Shown here: in pieces, positions 36,841-46,447 of the stretch
Position numbering within the stretch: position 1 is the stretch's first letter
How the letters are laid out: each line of letters begins with the position of its first letter
Sequence record: SRR31156797_3768
Strand: one strand, 5' to 3'
DNA: 64,000 bases
Made by a program: the position numbers and the translations under genes
The notes under the pieces: generated by a model
What the model was told of the DNA's origin: nothing
Databases searched by the model: none
The model's input: the letters and a program-made list of their open reading frames with translations, nothing else

Positions 36841-37362
36841 ATGGAACCACTAATTGAAACTAAGCGATTAGTGCTGCGAGAAATGAGTCATGACGATCGA
36901 CCAGCGATTGAAAAGATTTTGCAAGATCCAGAAGTTATGATTGCCTATGAAGGACCCTTCAGTGAGCAAGAAGTCACTGGTTGGATCGACAAACAGCTGC
37001 AACACTATCAAAACGATCACATTGGCTTGTGGCTAGTGATTGAGAAAGCATCCGGGCAAGCGATCGGTCAATGCGGGTTGACATGGCAAGACGTCAAGGG
37101 AGAAGCCGTTTTAGAAATTGGGTACTTGTTTCAAAAGAACTTCTGGCATCATGGGTTTGCCACAGAAGCCGCCCAGGCCTGTAAAGACTATGCGTTTGCA
37201 ACGCTGAATGCCGCCATTGTTTATTCGATCATTCGTGAGACCAATCAAGCCTCCATAAATGTGGCATTGCGCAATGGAATGAAGCTGGTGGATCGCTTTG
37301 TTAAACACTATCGACAAGTGGACATGCCGCATCTTGTGTATGCTGTGGCGAAAGAGATGTGA
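36841..37362 (+). CDS. GNAT N-acetyltransferase, RimJ/RimL-like
   Basis: ETKRLVLRE, IGQCGL, EIGY...FWHHGFATEAA, NQAS..VA; start re-set to 36841 after AAGGAG. Confidence 0.9.
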   Translation: MEPLIETKRLVLREMSHDDRPAIEKILQDPEVMIAYEGPFSEQEVTGWIDKQLQHYQNDHIGLWLVIEKASGQAIGQCGLTWQDVKGEAVLEIGYLFQKNFWHHGFATEAAQACKDYAFATLNAAIVYSIIRETNQASINVALRNGMKLVDRFVKHYRQVDMPHLVYAVAKEM

Positions 37363-37397
37363 AAAACGAAAGAATGCTTTTTTCGATTTAGACAATG

Positions 37398-37446
37398 AAA
37401 TGCCCCTAGGAAGTTAGCTTTTTCTAACTTTCTAGGGGCGTTTTTT
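37398..37446. terminator. Bidirectional terminator
   Basis: GCCCCTAGGAAGTTAG...CTAACTTTCTAGGGGCGTTTTTT. Confidence 0.8.
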
Positions 37447-38443
37447 AAGCTTGCGTAAAGCTTTTTCGCTCGATGAGTTCAGCCCCTAAAAGGACTGTTT
37501 TGGTGATCGCTCGAGGATGAACGATCTGATCCACCAGCAAATCGATCGCGGTTTTGGCGATTTCCTCCACATCGATGTTAAACGTTGTTAGTGGGGGAGC
37601 CACAAATTTTGCGATCTCATTGTCATTGATACTGATTAATTCCAAGCGATCAGGAATGATGATAGATCGTTCATTTAACGCTTGGAGCACACCAACTGCG
37701 ACGGTGTCAGAAGCCACAAAGAGCGCCTCTGGCAAATTGTCACCAAGGGATTCCACCATTTTTTTCGCCAAACGATAGCCGGTTTCAACGGAAAAATTGC
37801 CACCACTAAATAAGAACGCCTCATCGAACGCATCTCGACGAGCCAGCGTTTGACGGAAGATGATCTCGCGACTATCCATTTCTGCACGTTGAGTATCAGG
37901 ATTTAGATAAGCGCCACCAATAAAGCCGATCTTTCGGTATCCTTTTGTTAAAAACAGATCGATCGCCAGTTGCGTCATTCGATCAGTATCGGGTTTGACC
38001 GTATCGAACAGCTCTGGACAGGGGTTGATTTCCAAAAGGACACCATAGGGGCAAACGGATTTGAACTGCTGCGTTTCTTTCTCAGTGAAAGAGCCAATCC
38101 CAATAAACCCCGCGACCTCTTGCAATGTTTCTAAAACATCATCTTCATGGGTGATCAGTTGAATTTCCAAATTGTTGATTTTCGCATATTTTTCTAAAGA
38201 GATTCGCAATTGTCGAAAATAGACATCTTGAAGCTCTTCTTGTTCTGTCAGCCAGAAAAGGACGGCGATTTTTTCTAGTGTTGTTTTTATTTTTGAGCGA
38301 TCATAACCTAGTGATAAAGCGGTATGAATAATTTTTTGACGCGTATCGGCTGCGATCGACAACGATTCGTCGCCTTTCAATAATCGGGAAACAGTCGCTT
38401 GTGAAAAGCCTGATTGCTCGGCAATTTTTTTTATTGTAACCAA
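37445..38443 (-). CDS. LacI family repressor, GanR/EbgR-like
   Basis: TIKKIAEQSGFSQATVSRLL HTH; ELQDVYF, IGFIGG, PPLTT. Confidence 0.9.
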   Translation of the reverse strand: MVTIKKIAEQSGFSQATVSRLLKGDESLSIAADTRQKIIHTALSLGYDRSKIKTTLEKIAVLFWLTEQEELQDVYFRQLRISLEKYAKINNLEIQLITHEDDVLETLQEVAGFIGIGSFTEKETQQFKSVCPYGVLLEINPCPELFDTVKPDTDRMTQLAIDLFLTKGYRKIGFIGGAYLNPDTQRAEMDSREIIFRQTLARRDAFDEAFLFSGGNFSVETGYRLAKKMVESLGDNLPEALFVASDTVAVGVLQALNERSIIIPDRLELISINDNEIAKFVAPPLTTFNIDVEEIAKTAIDLLVDQIVHPRAITKTVLLGAELIERKSFTQA

Positions 38444-38487
38444 TCTTCTTCACCTCTTTCTTCTAGTATACGCTAACAACTTTACCA

Positions 38488-38677
38488 AGTAAATGAATTT
38501 ACTAAATATATTTACTGAATAGTGGAAGTTTGTAACATAGAGGTATTTCGAAAAAAATATTTGTGTGATAAACCTTGATTTTATCCGTTTATTTACTCCA
38601 TTGAAGAAATTAATTTAGTAAAACTATTTACATATTAAGTAAAATAATTTATTATAAACGAGAAGATAGCGTTTGCA
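38488..38677. promoter_or_regulatory. Four GanR-type operators (AGTAAA-N4-TTTACT) plus a cre site
   Basis: AGTAAAtgaaTTTACT 38488-38503; ACTAAAtataTTTACT 38501-38516; AGTAAAactaTTTACA 38617-38632; AGTAAAataaTTTATT 38638-38653; cre AGATAGCGTTTGCA 38664-38677. Confidence 0.75.
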
Positions 38678-38698
38678 AAATAAAGAAAAGGTGGAGAA

Positions 38699-39970
38699 AT
38701 GATGATGAAAAAAATGTCTCGAGTTCTTTTTTTAAGTGTAGCAGCTTTAGGATTAGGTGCTTGCGGTCCACAAAGCGAAGGGACAGATAGTACTGCAGCA
38801 AATAGTGGCAGCGGTAAGGACTATGATCTATTGGTCTGGGAAGACCAAGCAAAATCAACTGGGATTGAAGAGGCAGTCAAACAATTTGAAGAAGAACACG
38901 ATGTGACGATCAAAGTGGTCGAAAAAGCCTATGGTGGACAGATCGAAGATTTACGATTGGATGGCCCCGCTGGTACAGGTGCGGATGTCATCACGATTCC
39001 TGGCGATCAAATCGGTACAGCCGTTACCGAAGGGTTGTTGAAAGAATTAACAGTCGATCAAACGCTACAAGATCTGTATACAGAATCAGCAATGCAATCG
39101 CAAATCGTTGACGGCAAAGTTTACGGCTTACCAAAAGCGGTTGAAACACAAATTTTGTATTATAACAAAGAACTAATTTCCGAAGAAGACTTGCCACAGA
39201 CAACGGATGAGTGGCTGGAGTATTCCAAGTCTGTCTTAGGTGCTGACAGTTATGGGTTACTGGCATTATGGGATCAAATTTATTACGCACAAGGTGTATT
39301 GAGCGGTTATGGCGGTTATGTTTTTGGCGAGAATGCCGATGGATCCTATGACCCTGAAGATATTGGATTAGCTAATGAAGGTGCGATCGAAGGAGCGGAC
39401 TATATCCAACAGTTTTATGATGCAGGTGTTTTTCCATCCGGATTGGTCGGTGAACAAGGAATCAATGTGTTGGACTCTTTATTTACGGAAGGAAAAGCTG
39501 CAGCTGTCGTCTCGGGACCATGGAACTTGTCTCCTTATAAAGAAGCGGGCATCGACTATGGTGTGAAAGAATTGCCATTATTAGGGAATGGTGAACATAT
39601 GGGCTCCTTTATCGGTGTCAAAAGCTACAACGTAAGTAGCTATTCCCAAAACCCTGAATTAGCTGAAGCGTTCGTGAAATTTATCAGCAATGAGGAGAAT
39701 TCAAAAGTCCGTTATGAAAAAACACAAGAAGTACCAGCGGTTGCTTCTTTGGCAGATGATCCATCAGTTCAAGAAAGTGAAAGTGCTGCAGCCATCGCCG
39801 CTCAGTCCCAACACGCAGAACTAACACCAGGGATCACTGAAATGAATTCAGTATGGGAACCAATGGATGCCGCATTGCAAACCATTGCTACTGGAAAGGC
39901 TGAACCGAAAACAGCTCTACCACAGGCAGTCGATCAGATCAAATCAGCCATTGCAGCAATTCAAAACTAA
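38699..39970 (+). CDS. Galacto-oligosaccharide/maltodextrin-family ABC binding lipoprotein (GanS/CycB-like)
   Basis: Lipobox LGAC; LRLDGPAGTGADV, YGLPKAVET, FIGVK, PGITEM..VW. Confidence 0.85.
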   Translation: MMMKKMSRVLFLSVAALGLGACGPQSEGTDSTAANSGSGKDYDLLVWEDQAKSTGIEEAVKQFEEEHDVTIKVVEKAYGGQIEDLRLDGPAGTGADVITIPGDQIGTAVTEGLLKELTVDQTLQDLYTESAMQSQIVDGKVYGLPKAVETQILYYNKELISEEDLPQTTDEWLEYSKSVLGADSYGLLALWDQIYYAQGVLSGYGGYVFGENADGSYDPEDIGLANEGAIEGADYIQQFYDAGVFPSGLVGEQGINVLDSLFTEGKAAAVVSGPWNLSPYKEAGIDYGVKELPLLGNGEHMGSFIGVKSYNVSSYSQNPELAEAFVKFISNEENSKVRYEKTQEVPAVASLADDPSVQESESAAAIAAQSQHAELTPGITEMNSVWEPMDAALQTIATGKAEPKTALPQAVDQIKSAIAAIQN

Positions 39971-40058
39971 AAAGTCGTTACGAGGACAAACGTTTCGGAT
40001 GGTGATTCAGCACTAGGAATCAAGTAATGCCGAACGAAACGTTTGTCAGCGGCTTTTT
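39970..40058 (+). other. Intercistronic stem-loop after the SBP gene (stabiliser or partial terminator)
   Basis: GACAAACGTTTCG (39985-39997)/CGAAACGTTTGTC (40035-40047) perfect 13-bp arms; outer AAAAGTCGTT/AGCGGCTTTT. Confidence 0.65.
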
Positions 40059-40076
40059 CTTACAGGGGGCGAAAAT

Positions 40077-41345
40077 GTGAAAAACACGCAGTCGTATGCA
40101 AAACGAGCAATGCTATTCTCGATAATACCAGGATTCGGTCAATTTTATAATCGGCAAAAAATCAAAGGCGCTTTATTTTTCTTCTTTTTTGCTATGTATC
40201 TTGTCGTCTTTAAAGATTTATTTAATATGGGACTTTGGGGCATCGTGACATTAGGCGTGGAAGTGCCGAGAGACAATTCCATCTTTTTATTAGCAGAAGG
40301 ATTAGTTGCCTTGATCGTCATCGGTTTTGGTCTGTTGTTCTATTATTTAAACATCCGTGATGCCTATAAAAACGGCGAATTAAGAGACAATGAGCTACCA
40401 GTCAACTCTATCCGTGAAAGCTACCAGGCACTATTAAGAGAAGGCTATCCTTATTTAATGAGTAGCCCAGCATTTTTCTTACTCGTGTTTTCTGTTATTT
40501 TTCCGATTCTCTTTAGTATCGCGTTAGCTTTTACGAACTATGATCTGTATCATTCTGCACCTGCCAATTTAGCAGATTGGGTGGGATTAGAGACCTTTAA
40601 GAAGATTTTTACTGTCGATATTTGGCGTAGTACCTTCTTCAATGTTCTAGGCTGGACAGTTATCTGGACCTTGATCGCCTCAACGTTACAAGTTTCTATC
40701 GGAATATTTTTAGCGGTGCTGGTGCATCAAAAAGAACTACGATTCAAAAAGTTCTTTCGAACGATTTTGATCCTCCCATGGGCAGTTCCGGGATTTGTTA
40801 CGATCTTGGTATTTTCAGGAATGTTCAATGATTCCTTTGGTGCGATCAATAATACGATTTTGAATTTCTTCCAGATTTCACCGATTCCTTGGCTAACGAG
40901 TGCGAATTGGACCCGTTTAGCTTTGTTACTGATTCAAGGCTGGCTAGGCTTTCCGTATATTTTTATCGTGACTACAGGGACGCTGCAATCCATTCCTGAT
41001 GATTTGTATGAGGCGGCGACCATCGATGGTGCTTCAGCTATGCAAAAATTCCGACGAATCACATTGCCATTACTGCTTTATGCAATGGCACCAATTTTGA
41101 TTACGCAATATACGTTTAACTTCAACAATTTCAATATCATTTATCTGTTTAATTCTGGTGGGCCGGCAGTTCCTGGTTCGACCGCTGGTGGTACCGATAT
41201 TTTGGTTTCATGGATCTATAAGCTCACGATGCAAAATAGTCAATATGCACTAGCAGCAGCATTGACGATTCTCTTATCGATCGTCGTAATCGCGATTGCT
41301 TTATGGCAATTCCGTCGAACAAATTCATTCAAGGAGGTTGGATAA
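40077..41345 (+). CDS. Sugar ABC permease (GanP/MalF-like)
   Basis: IPGFGQFYN, LYEAATIDGAS, FNFNNFNIIYL, TDILVSW. Confidence 0.9.
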   Translation: MKNTQSYAKRAMLFSIIPGFGQFYNRQKIKGALFFFFFAMYLVVFKDLFNMGLWGIVTLGVEVPRDNSIFLLAEGLVALIVIGFGLLFYYLNIRDAYKNGELRDNELPVNSIRESYQALLREGYPYLMSSPAFFLLVFSVIFPILFSIALAFTNYDLYHSAPANLADWVGLETFKKIFTVDIWRSTFFNVLGWTVIWTLIASTLQVSIGIFLAVLVHQKELRFKKFFRTILILPWAVPGFVTILVFSGMFNDSFGAINNTILNFFQISPIPWLTSANWTRLALLLIQGWLGFPYIFIVTTGTLQSIPDDLYEAATIDGASAMQKFRRITLPLLLYAMAPILITQYTFNFNNFNIIYLFNSGGPAVPGSTAGGTDILVSWIYKLTMQNSQYALAAALTILLSIVVIAIALWQFRRTNSFKEVG

Positions 41346-41346
41346 C

Positions 41347-42201
41347 ATGAAGGCAGCAAGTATGAAAAAACAAAAATTTGTCCGCCTATCCTTGACATAT
41401 CTCGTACTGATTTTTACGGTAGTGGTGATCGTCTACCCTTTACTATGGACGATCGGTGCTAGTTTTAATCCTGGGAACAGTTTAATAAGTACGAGTCTGA
41501 TTCCGACGAGTCCGACATTAAGTCACTACACGAAATTGTTTGCTGGCGACAACTCGCTATATTATAGTCAATGGTATTTGAATTCATTGAAAATCAGTGT
41601 ATGCACTATGTTCCTGTCACTGATCTTTGTCTCCATGACGGCTTATTCCTTTTCACGGTTTCGTTTTACAGGCCGTAAAAATGGATTGATGCTGTTCTTA
41701 CTACTACAAATGATCCCGCAGTTCTCTGCCTTGATCGCAATTTTTGTACTGGCGCAAATGCTCGGCTTGATCAATAGTCATTGGTTGCTGATCTTGATTT
41801 ACGTTGGGGGTCAGATTCCCATGAACACGTACTTATTGAAAGGATATTTTGACTCGATTCCGTTAGATTTAGACGAGAGTGCCAAGATAGATGGTGCAAG
41901 CAATACGCGAATATTCTGGCAAATTTTGATTCCATTATCTCGACCAATGCTGGCAGTGGTTGCCATGAATGGTTTCACCGGACCACTGGGAGACTTTGCC
42001 CTGTCTTCAGTGATTTTACGTAATCCTGAGTACTATACATTACCCATCGGGTTATACAAATTAGTCACGGATAAAATGGGTGCCAGCTATACGACTTTTG
42101 CGGCAGGGGCCATTTTGATCAGTATTCCGATCGCGCTCGTCTTTATTGCATTACAAAAACATTTTGTCACCGGTTTGACCGCTGGCGGCACAAAAGGATA
42201 G
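41347..42201 (+). CDS. Sugar ABC permease (GanQ/MalG-like)
   Basis: LDESAKIDGAS, FAAGAILISIP, GLTAGGTKG; start re-set to 41347. Confidence 0.9.
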   Translation: MKAASMKKQKFVRLSLTYLVLIFTVVVIVYPLLWTIGASFNPGNSLISTSLIPTSPTLSHYTKLFAGDNSLYYSQWYLNSLKISVCTMFLSLIFVSMTAYSFSRFRFTGRKNGLMLFLLLQMIPQFSALIAIFVLAQMLGLINSHWLLILIYVGGQIPMNTYLLKGYFDSIPLDLDESAKIDGASNTRIFWQILIPLSRPMLAVVAMNGFTGPLGDFALSSVILRNPEYYTLPIGLYKLVTDKMGASYTTFAAGAILISIPIALVFIALQKHFVTGLTAGGTKG

Positions 42202-42210
42202 GAAGAGAAG

Positions 42211-44268
42211 ATGATAAGATATAACTTAGAAGAACGCTTTTTACATGGTGGGGATTATAATCCTGACCAGTGGCTAAATTATCCCGAGATCTTAGCCAAA
42301 GATTTAGAACTAATGAAAAAAGCTCATGCTAATACATTTTCCCTTGGTATTTTTGCTTGGAGTGCCTTAGAGCCAGCAGAAGGGGTGTTTCAATTTGAAT
42401 GGTTAGACAAAATCATGGATCAGCTCGCCGAACGAAACAGTAACGTCATTTTAGCGACGCCAAGCGGTGCGCGTCCTGCCTGGTTGTCTAAAGCATACCC
42501 TGAAGTTCTCCGGACCAATGAAAAACGGGAAAAAATGTTACACGGTGGGCGACACAATCACTGTTTTTCTTCGCCAATCTATCGTGAGAAAGTGGCGATC
42601 ATCAATCGGAAATTAGCTGAACGCTACCACGATCACCCAGCACTATTGATGTGGCATATTTCCAATGAGTATTCTGGAGATTGTCATTGTCCTATTTGCC
42701 AAGAAAACTTTCGTCAGTGGGTCAAGCAGAAGTATCAAACGCTAGCAGCCTTGAATGAGGCCTGGTGGGGACCGTTCTGGAGCCATACGATCACCGATTG
42801 GTCGCAAATCGAATCTCCTTCACCGATCGGCGAAATGCAAGTTCATGGACTAAATCTAGACTGGCATCGTTTTGTAACCGATCAGACTATTGATTTCTAT
42901 GAACATGAGATCAAAGACATTCGTCGTTTGTCTCCAGATGTGCCGATCACAACGAATTTCATGGCAGATACCCGTGATTTGATTCCCTTTTATAGTCTTG
43001 ATTATGGAAAATTTGCCCAGCATGTGGATGTCATTAGTTGGGACTGTTATCCTGCTTGGCATAATGATTGGGGAACGACAGCCGATTTGGCAAGTAAGGT
43101 TGGGTTTATCAATGATCAATATCGTAGCTTGAAAAAGCAACCATTTTTGATCATGGAATCAACCCCTAGTGGTGTGAATTGGCATCCAGTCAACCGCACG
43201 AAACGCCCCGGGATGCATCTGTTGTCTTCTATGCAATTTATTGCTCACGGTTCAGATAGTAATCTTTATTTTCAATGGCGAAAATCTCGAGGCTCATCTG
43301 AGAAGTTCCATGGGGCCGTCGTGGACCATGACAACGACGAGCAAAATCGTGTTTTTCAAGATGTAGCAGAAGTGGGGAAAGCCTTAGAAGAAATCAAAGA
43401 AATCAAAGGATTGCACAAAAAAGCCAAAGTGGCGATCATCTATGATTGGGATAACAATTGGGCGCTCAATGATGCGCAAGGTTTTGGTTTGGAGAGCAAA
43501 CGCTACCCACAAACGTTGCAAGAGCATTATCGCTATTTTTGGGATCATGACATCGCGGTTGATGTCATCACGAAAGACCATGACTTTGATGCCTACCAAT
43601 TGATCATCGCTCCGATGCTTTACCTCTTACCAAAAGAAACTATGAAAAAATTTCAACAGTATACGAAAAATGGCGGGACACTGGTTTCCACTTATTTGAC
43701 GGGGATCGTGAATGAAACGGACTTGACCTATTTAGGGGGCTGGCCCCAAGAGTTAGAAGAACTGTTTGGTGTGTTTGTGAAAGAAATCGATACGTTATAT
43801 CCGAAACAAAAAAATCTGCTTTTAATGAAGAAACAGCAGTACCGAATTCATGATTATTGTAGTATTGTCCAAACAAACACCGCCCAAACGTTAGGGGTGT
43901 ACGGTGCAGATTTTTATCAAGGTCAAGCTGCAGTGACCGTAAATGATTATGGTGAAGGAAGTGCCTACTATCTCGGGGGACGGACGGATCAAGCCTTTTT
44001 GAAAGACTTCTATCAAGAAGTAACGCTACAGCTTCGCTTACAAAATGAGTGGGTCCGCCAAGGTTCAACGAACGTGTCGATCCAAAGTAGAGAAAGTCAG
44101 CAAGAGCAGCTCGCTCCGACCACCTATTATTTTGTGATGAATTTTTCCGAAGAAAATCAAGAAGTAGAGGTAGCAACTTCAGGAATCGATTTGCTTACTG
44201 GAAAAACGACAAGCCAACTTCTTCGGTTGGCGCCTTATGAGGTGCAGATCATCAAAGTGACAGCATAA
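42211..44268 (+). CDS. GH42 beta-galactosidase (GanA/LacA-like)
   Basis: HGGDYNPDQW, LATPSGARPAW, WHISNEY, CHCPIC, MESTPS, FQWRKSRGSSEKFHGAV. Confidence 0.94.
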   Translation: MIRYNLEERFLHGGDYNPDQWLNYPEILAKDLELMKKAHANTFSLGIFAWSALEPAEGVFQFEWLDKIMDQLAERNSNVILATPSGARPAWLSKAYPEVLRTNEKREKMLHGGRHNHCFSSPIYREKVAIINRKLAERYHDHPALLMWHISNEYSGDCHCPICQENFRQWVKQKYQTLAALNEAWWGPFWSHTITDWSQIESPSPIGEMQVHGLNLDWHRFVTDQTIDFYEHEIKDIRRLSPDVPITTNFMADTRDLIPFYSLDYGKFAQHVDVISWDCYPAWHNDWGTTADLASKVGFINDQYRSLKKQPFLIMESTPSGVNWHPVNRTKRPGMHLLSSMQFIAHGSDSNLYFQWRKSRGSSEKFHGAVVDHDNDEQNRVFQDVAEVGKALEEIKEIKGLHKKAKVAIIYDWDNNWALNDAQGFGLESKRYPQTLQEHYRYFWDHDIAVDVITKDHDFDAYQLIIAPMLYLLPKETMKKFQQYTKNGGTLVSTYLTGIVNETDLTYLGGWPQELEELFGVFVKEIDTLYPKQKNLLLMKKQQYRIHDYCSIVQTNTAQTLGVYGADFYQGQAAVTVNDYGEGSAYYLGGRTDQAFLKDFYQEVTLQLRLQNEWVRQGSTNVSIQSRESQQEQLAPTTYYFVMNFSEENQEVEVATSGIDLLTGKTTSQLLRLAPYEVQIIKVTA

Positions 44269-44301
44269 GATCAATAAAAACTATTGTGTCAATTATATGA
44301 G

Positions 44302-44348
44302 AAAAAAGAAGTACTTACGTTGATGAAAAACGTAAGTACTTCTTTTTT
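44302..44348. terminator. Bidirectional terminator
   Basis: AAAAAAGAAGTACTTACGTT-gatgaaa-AACGTAAGTACTTCTTTTTT. Confidence 0.85.
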
Positions 44349-44360
44349 ATAGAGAGTGTT

Positions 44361-45875
44361 TTAATTTTCTTGCGCAAATTCGGCAGCTTTTGTTCCTGCT
44401 TGGCGTCCGAAGATGATGATATCGGCAACTGCATTTCCGCCAATTCGGTTTTCACCATGCAACCCACCAGTTACTTCTCCGGCTGCAAAGAGACCTGGAA
44501 TGATCTCGTTATCCGTAGCGATCACTTCTGTGTTCGTGTTGATCTTCACGCCGCCCATCGTGTGGTGGATACCAGGAGCAATGGCGATGGCATAGTAAGG
44601 TCCTGTTGACAAATCGTTGTCCATTGCTGTGCTGCGTCCAAAGGCTTCGTCTTCACCAGCAGCCACACTGCTGTTCCAGGTAGCGATCGTTTCAGCAAGC
44701 GCTGCTTCTGGCATGTCCAATTCTTTTGCCAATTCTTCGATCGTGTCAGCGGATTTGACTAATCCTTGTTGCTCGTAAAAATCAATGGCTGTTACGCGTT
44801 CTTTGACACCTGCATCAAAAACTAACGTTGCTGATTTTTCAGGTAGGGCAATAATCGCTTCAGAGACTTTGTCTCGTGTTTCCATTTCATTGAAGAACCG
44901 TTCGCCTTCTTGATTGACCAAGATCGCGCCTTCTCCACGGACAGCTTCAGTGATCAACAGTGATTTAGACTGATCCACTGTTGGGTGGATTTGGATTTGC
45001 TCTAAATCAACCGTTTGTCCGCCTAACGCTTCGATCATTTTGATTCCATCACCAGTCGAACCCTCTTGGTTCGTTGTCACGTAGTCTGCCAATTCTGGTT
45101 TGTACTCGGTGATCATGTCGAAATTGGCACCGAAACCGCCTGTTGTAACGACAACTGCTTTGGCATCAATGGTTTGTTCGGTTCCTTCTACTTCAACGGT
45201 CACCCCGTTGACTTGACCATCTTCTTCATTGATTTCTTTGACATCGGCATTCACAAAAATTGGGATTTCCAATTCATGGATGTTGCGCATCAAGCCATCA
45301 ACTAAGTATTCCCCAACCGCGGAACCATCAGATGGACGGTGCGTTCTTTTTTCACTCATCCCGCCAGTCGTTGTTAAGTTGTCTAAGGTGATACCCATTG
45401 AATCTAACCAATCGATCGCTTCTGCTGAATGATCCACAAAGTAGCGCAACAATTCTTCATCATTGGTGTTGTGACCGCCAGCTAATGTTTCTTCATAGAA
45501 TAGATCATTTGAATCTTCGATGCCTTCTGCTTCTTGGAATTTGGTTTCTGAAGCGTTCATTCCTGCAGAAGATTTCAATGTATTCCCACCAGAAATTGGC
45601 ATTTTTTCTAAAATAACTGGGTTTGCGCCAGCTTCCTTTGCTTGGATCGCAGCGGCCATTCCAGCGCCACCCGCACCGACGATCACGACATCGTAGCTGT
45701 CTGCAAGTTCGCTAGGGTCTGTGTATTCTTGACCAGATGCAGCTGAAGTTGCATCTGTTTCTTCATTAGCAGATGAACCAGTACTTGTGCTGCTGCTTGT
45801 TTGTGAATCAGCGCCACAAGCACTCAAAGTTGCTAACGAGGTTAGGACTAATAGTGTTTGGAAAATTTTCTTCAT
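44361..45875 (-). CDS. frdA: Flavocytochrome c-type FAD reductase lipoprotein (extracellular fumarate reductase FrdA-like)
   Basis: Lipobox LSAC; GAGGAG, GGNT..SSAGMNA, QIHPT, TEAVRGEG, HHTMGG, GLHGENRIGGN; start re-set to 45875 after AGGAGG. Confidence 0.88.
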   Translation of the reverse strand: MKKIFQTLLVLTSLATLSACGADSQTSSSTSTGSSANEETDATSAASGQEYTDPSELADSYDVVIVGAGGAGMAAAIQAKEAGANPVILEKMPISGGNTLKSSAGMNASETKFQEAEGIEDSNDLFYEETLAGGHNTNDEELLRYFVDHSAEAIDWLDSMGITLDNLTTTGGMSEKRTHRPSDGSAVGEYLVDGLMRNIHELEIPIFVNADVKEINEEDGQVNGVTVEVEGTEQTIDAKAVVVTTGGFGANFDMITEYKPELADYVTTNQEGSTGDGIKMIEALGGQTVDLEQIQIHPTVDQSKSLLITEAVRGEGAILVNQEGERFFNEMETRDKVSEAIIALPEKSATLVFDAGVKERVTAIDFYEQQGLVKSADTIEELAKELDMPEAALAETIATWNSSVAAGEDEAFGRSTAMDNDLSTGPYYAIAIAPGIHHTMGGVKINTNTEVIATDNEIIPGLFAAGEVTGGLHGENRIGGNAVADIIIFGRQAGTKAAEFAQEN

Positions 45876-45943
45876 TGTTTTTATTCCTCCTAAAACTTTT
45901 TCCAAATCAAAGACTAACATAGTTGTCATGTTATTTTTAGGTT

Positions 45944-45961
45944 TTGTTCGAAAAATCACAT
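45944..45961. promoter_or_regulatory. Rex-like operator upstream of frdA
   Basis: TTGTTCGAAAAATCACAT versus consensus TTGTGAA-N4-TTCACAA. Confidence 0.55.
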
Positions 45962-46352
45962 AATAATTAGAAAAGTTTAATTTATAAAGCGTTTTAGTCG
46001 AGGTGAAAGGGTTTCTTGGTCATCATAAAAAAGAGTAGATTCGTGAATTTGTGGAAATAGAAGAATTACTGATTCTATGATTTGTTTGGTATTAATCATG
46101 AAGGGAGTATGAAATGAGATTTGATTGGTCTCTTTTCTGTTATTGAAAAAAAGTACGTCACTGAGGTGCCGAGGAACGATCTCTTTTATTGAAAATAAAT
46201 CAACCGCTTTGCGATCAAAAGATAGAAAGAAATTAGTGAATTCAGTATTTGTGGGCACCAATTTTTATTCAATAAATAGAGATAGAATATTGGGTTTCAA
46301 GAACCATTGCCAAGAAATTGCGGTGTTTCTTAAAAAAATCAAGAGAACTGTC

Positions 46353-46403
46353 TTGCAAAACCAATCCTTTCTTGTATAATAAAAATAAGTTAGGTCTACC
46401 TAA
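46353..46403 (+). promoter_or_regulatory. Promoter plus EfaR/DtxR-family (Mn) box
   Basis: TTGCAA...TATAAT (46353-46380); TTAGG-tcta-CCTAA at 46390-46403. Confidence 0.8.
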
Positions 46404-46447
46404 AAAATAAATAAACTATCCTTAACTATGGAAATGGAGTGAAAATA

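Noticed and set aside
12919-40058. Long intergenic hairpins (12919, 26258, 34881, 39970) as one repeat family
   Set aside because: Similar shape but no shared sequence visible; most are explained as terminators or stabilisers.
46100-46146. 10-codon ORF MRFDWSLFCY after an AAGGGAG RBS-like sequence
   Set aside because: Too short to distinguish from chance without conservation or translation data.
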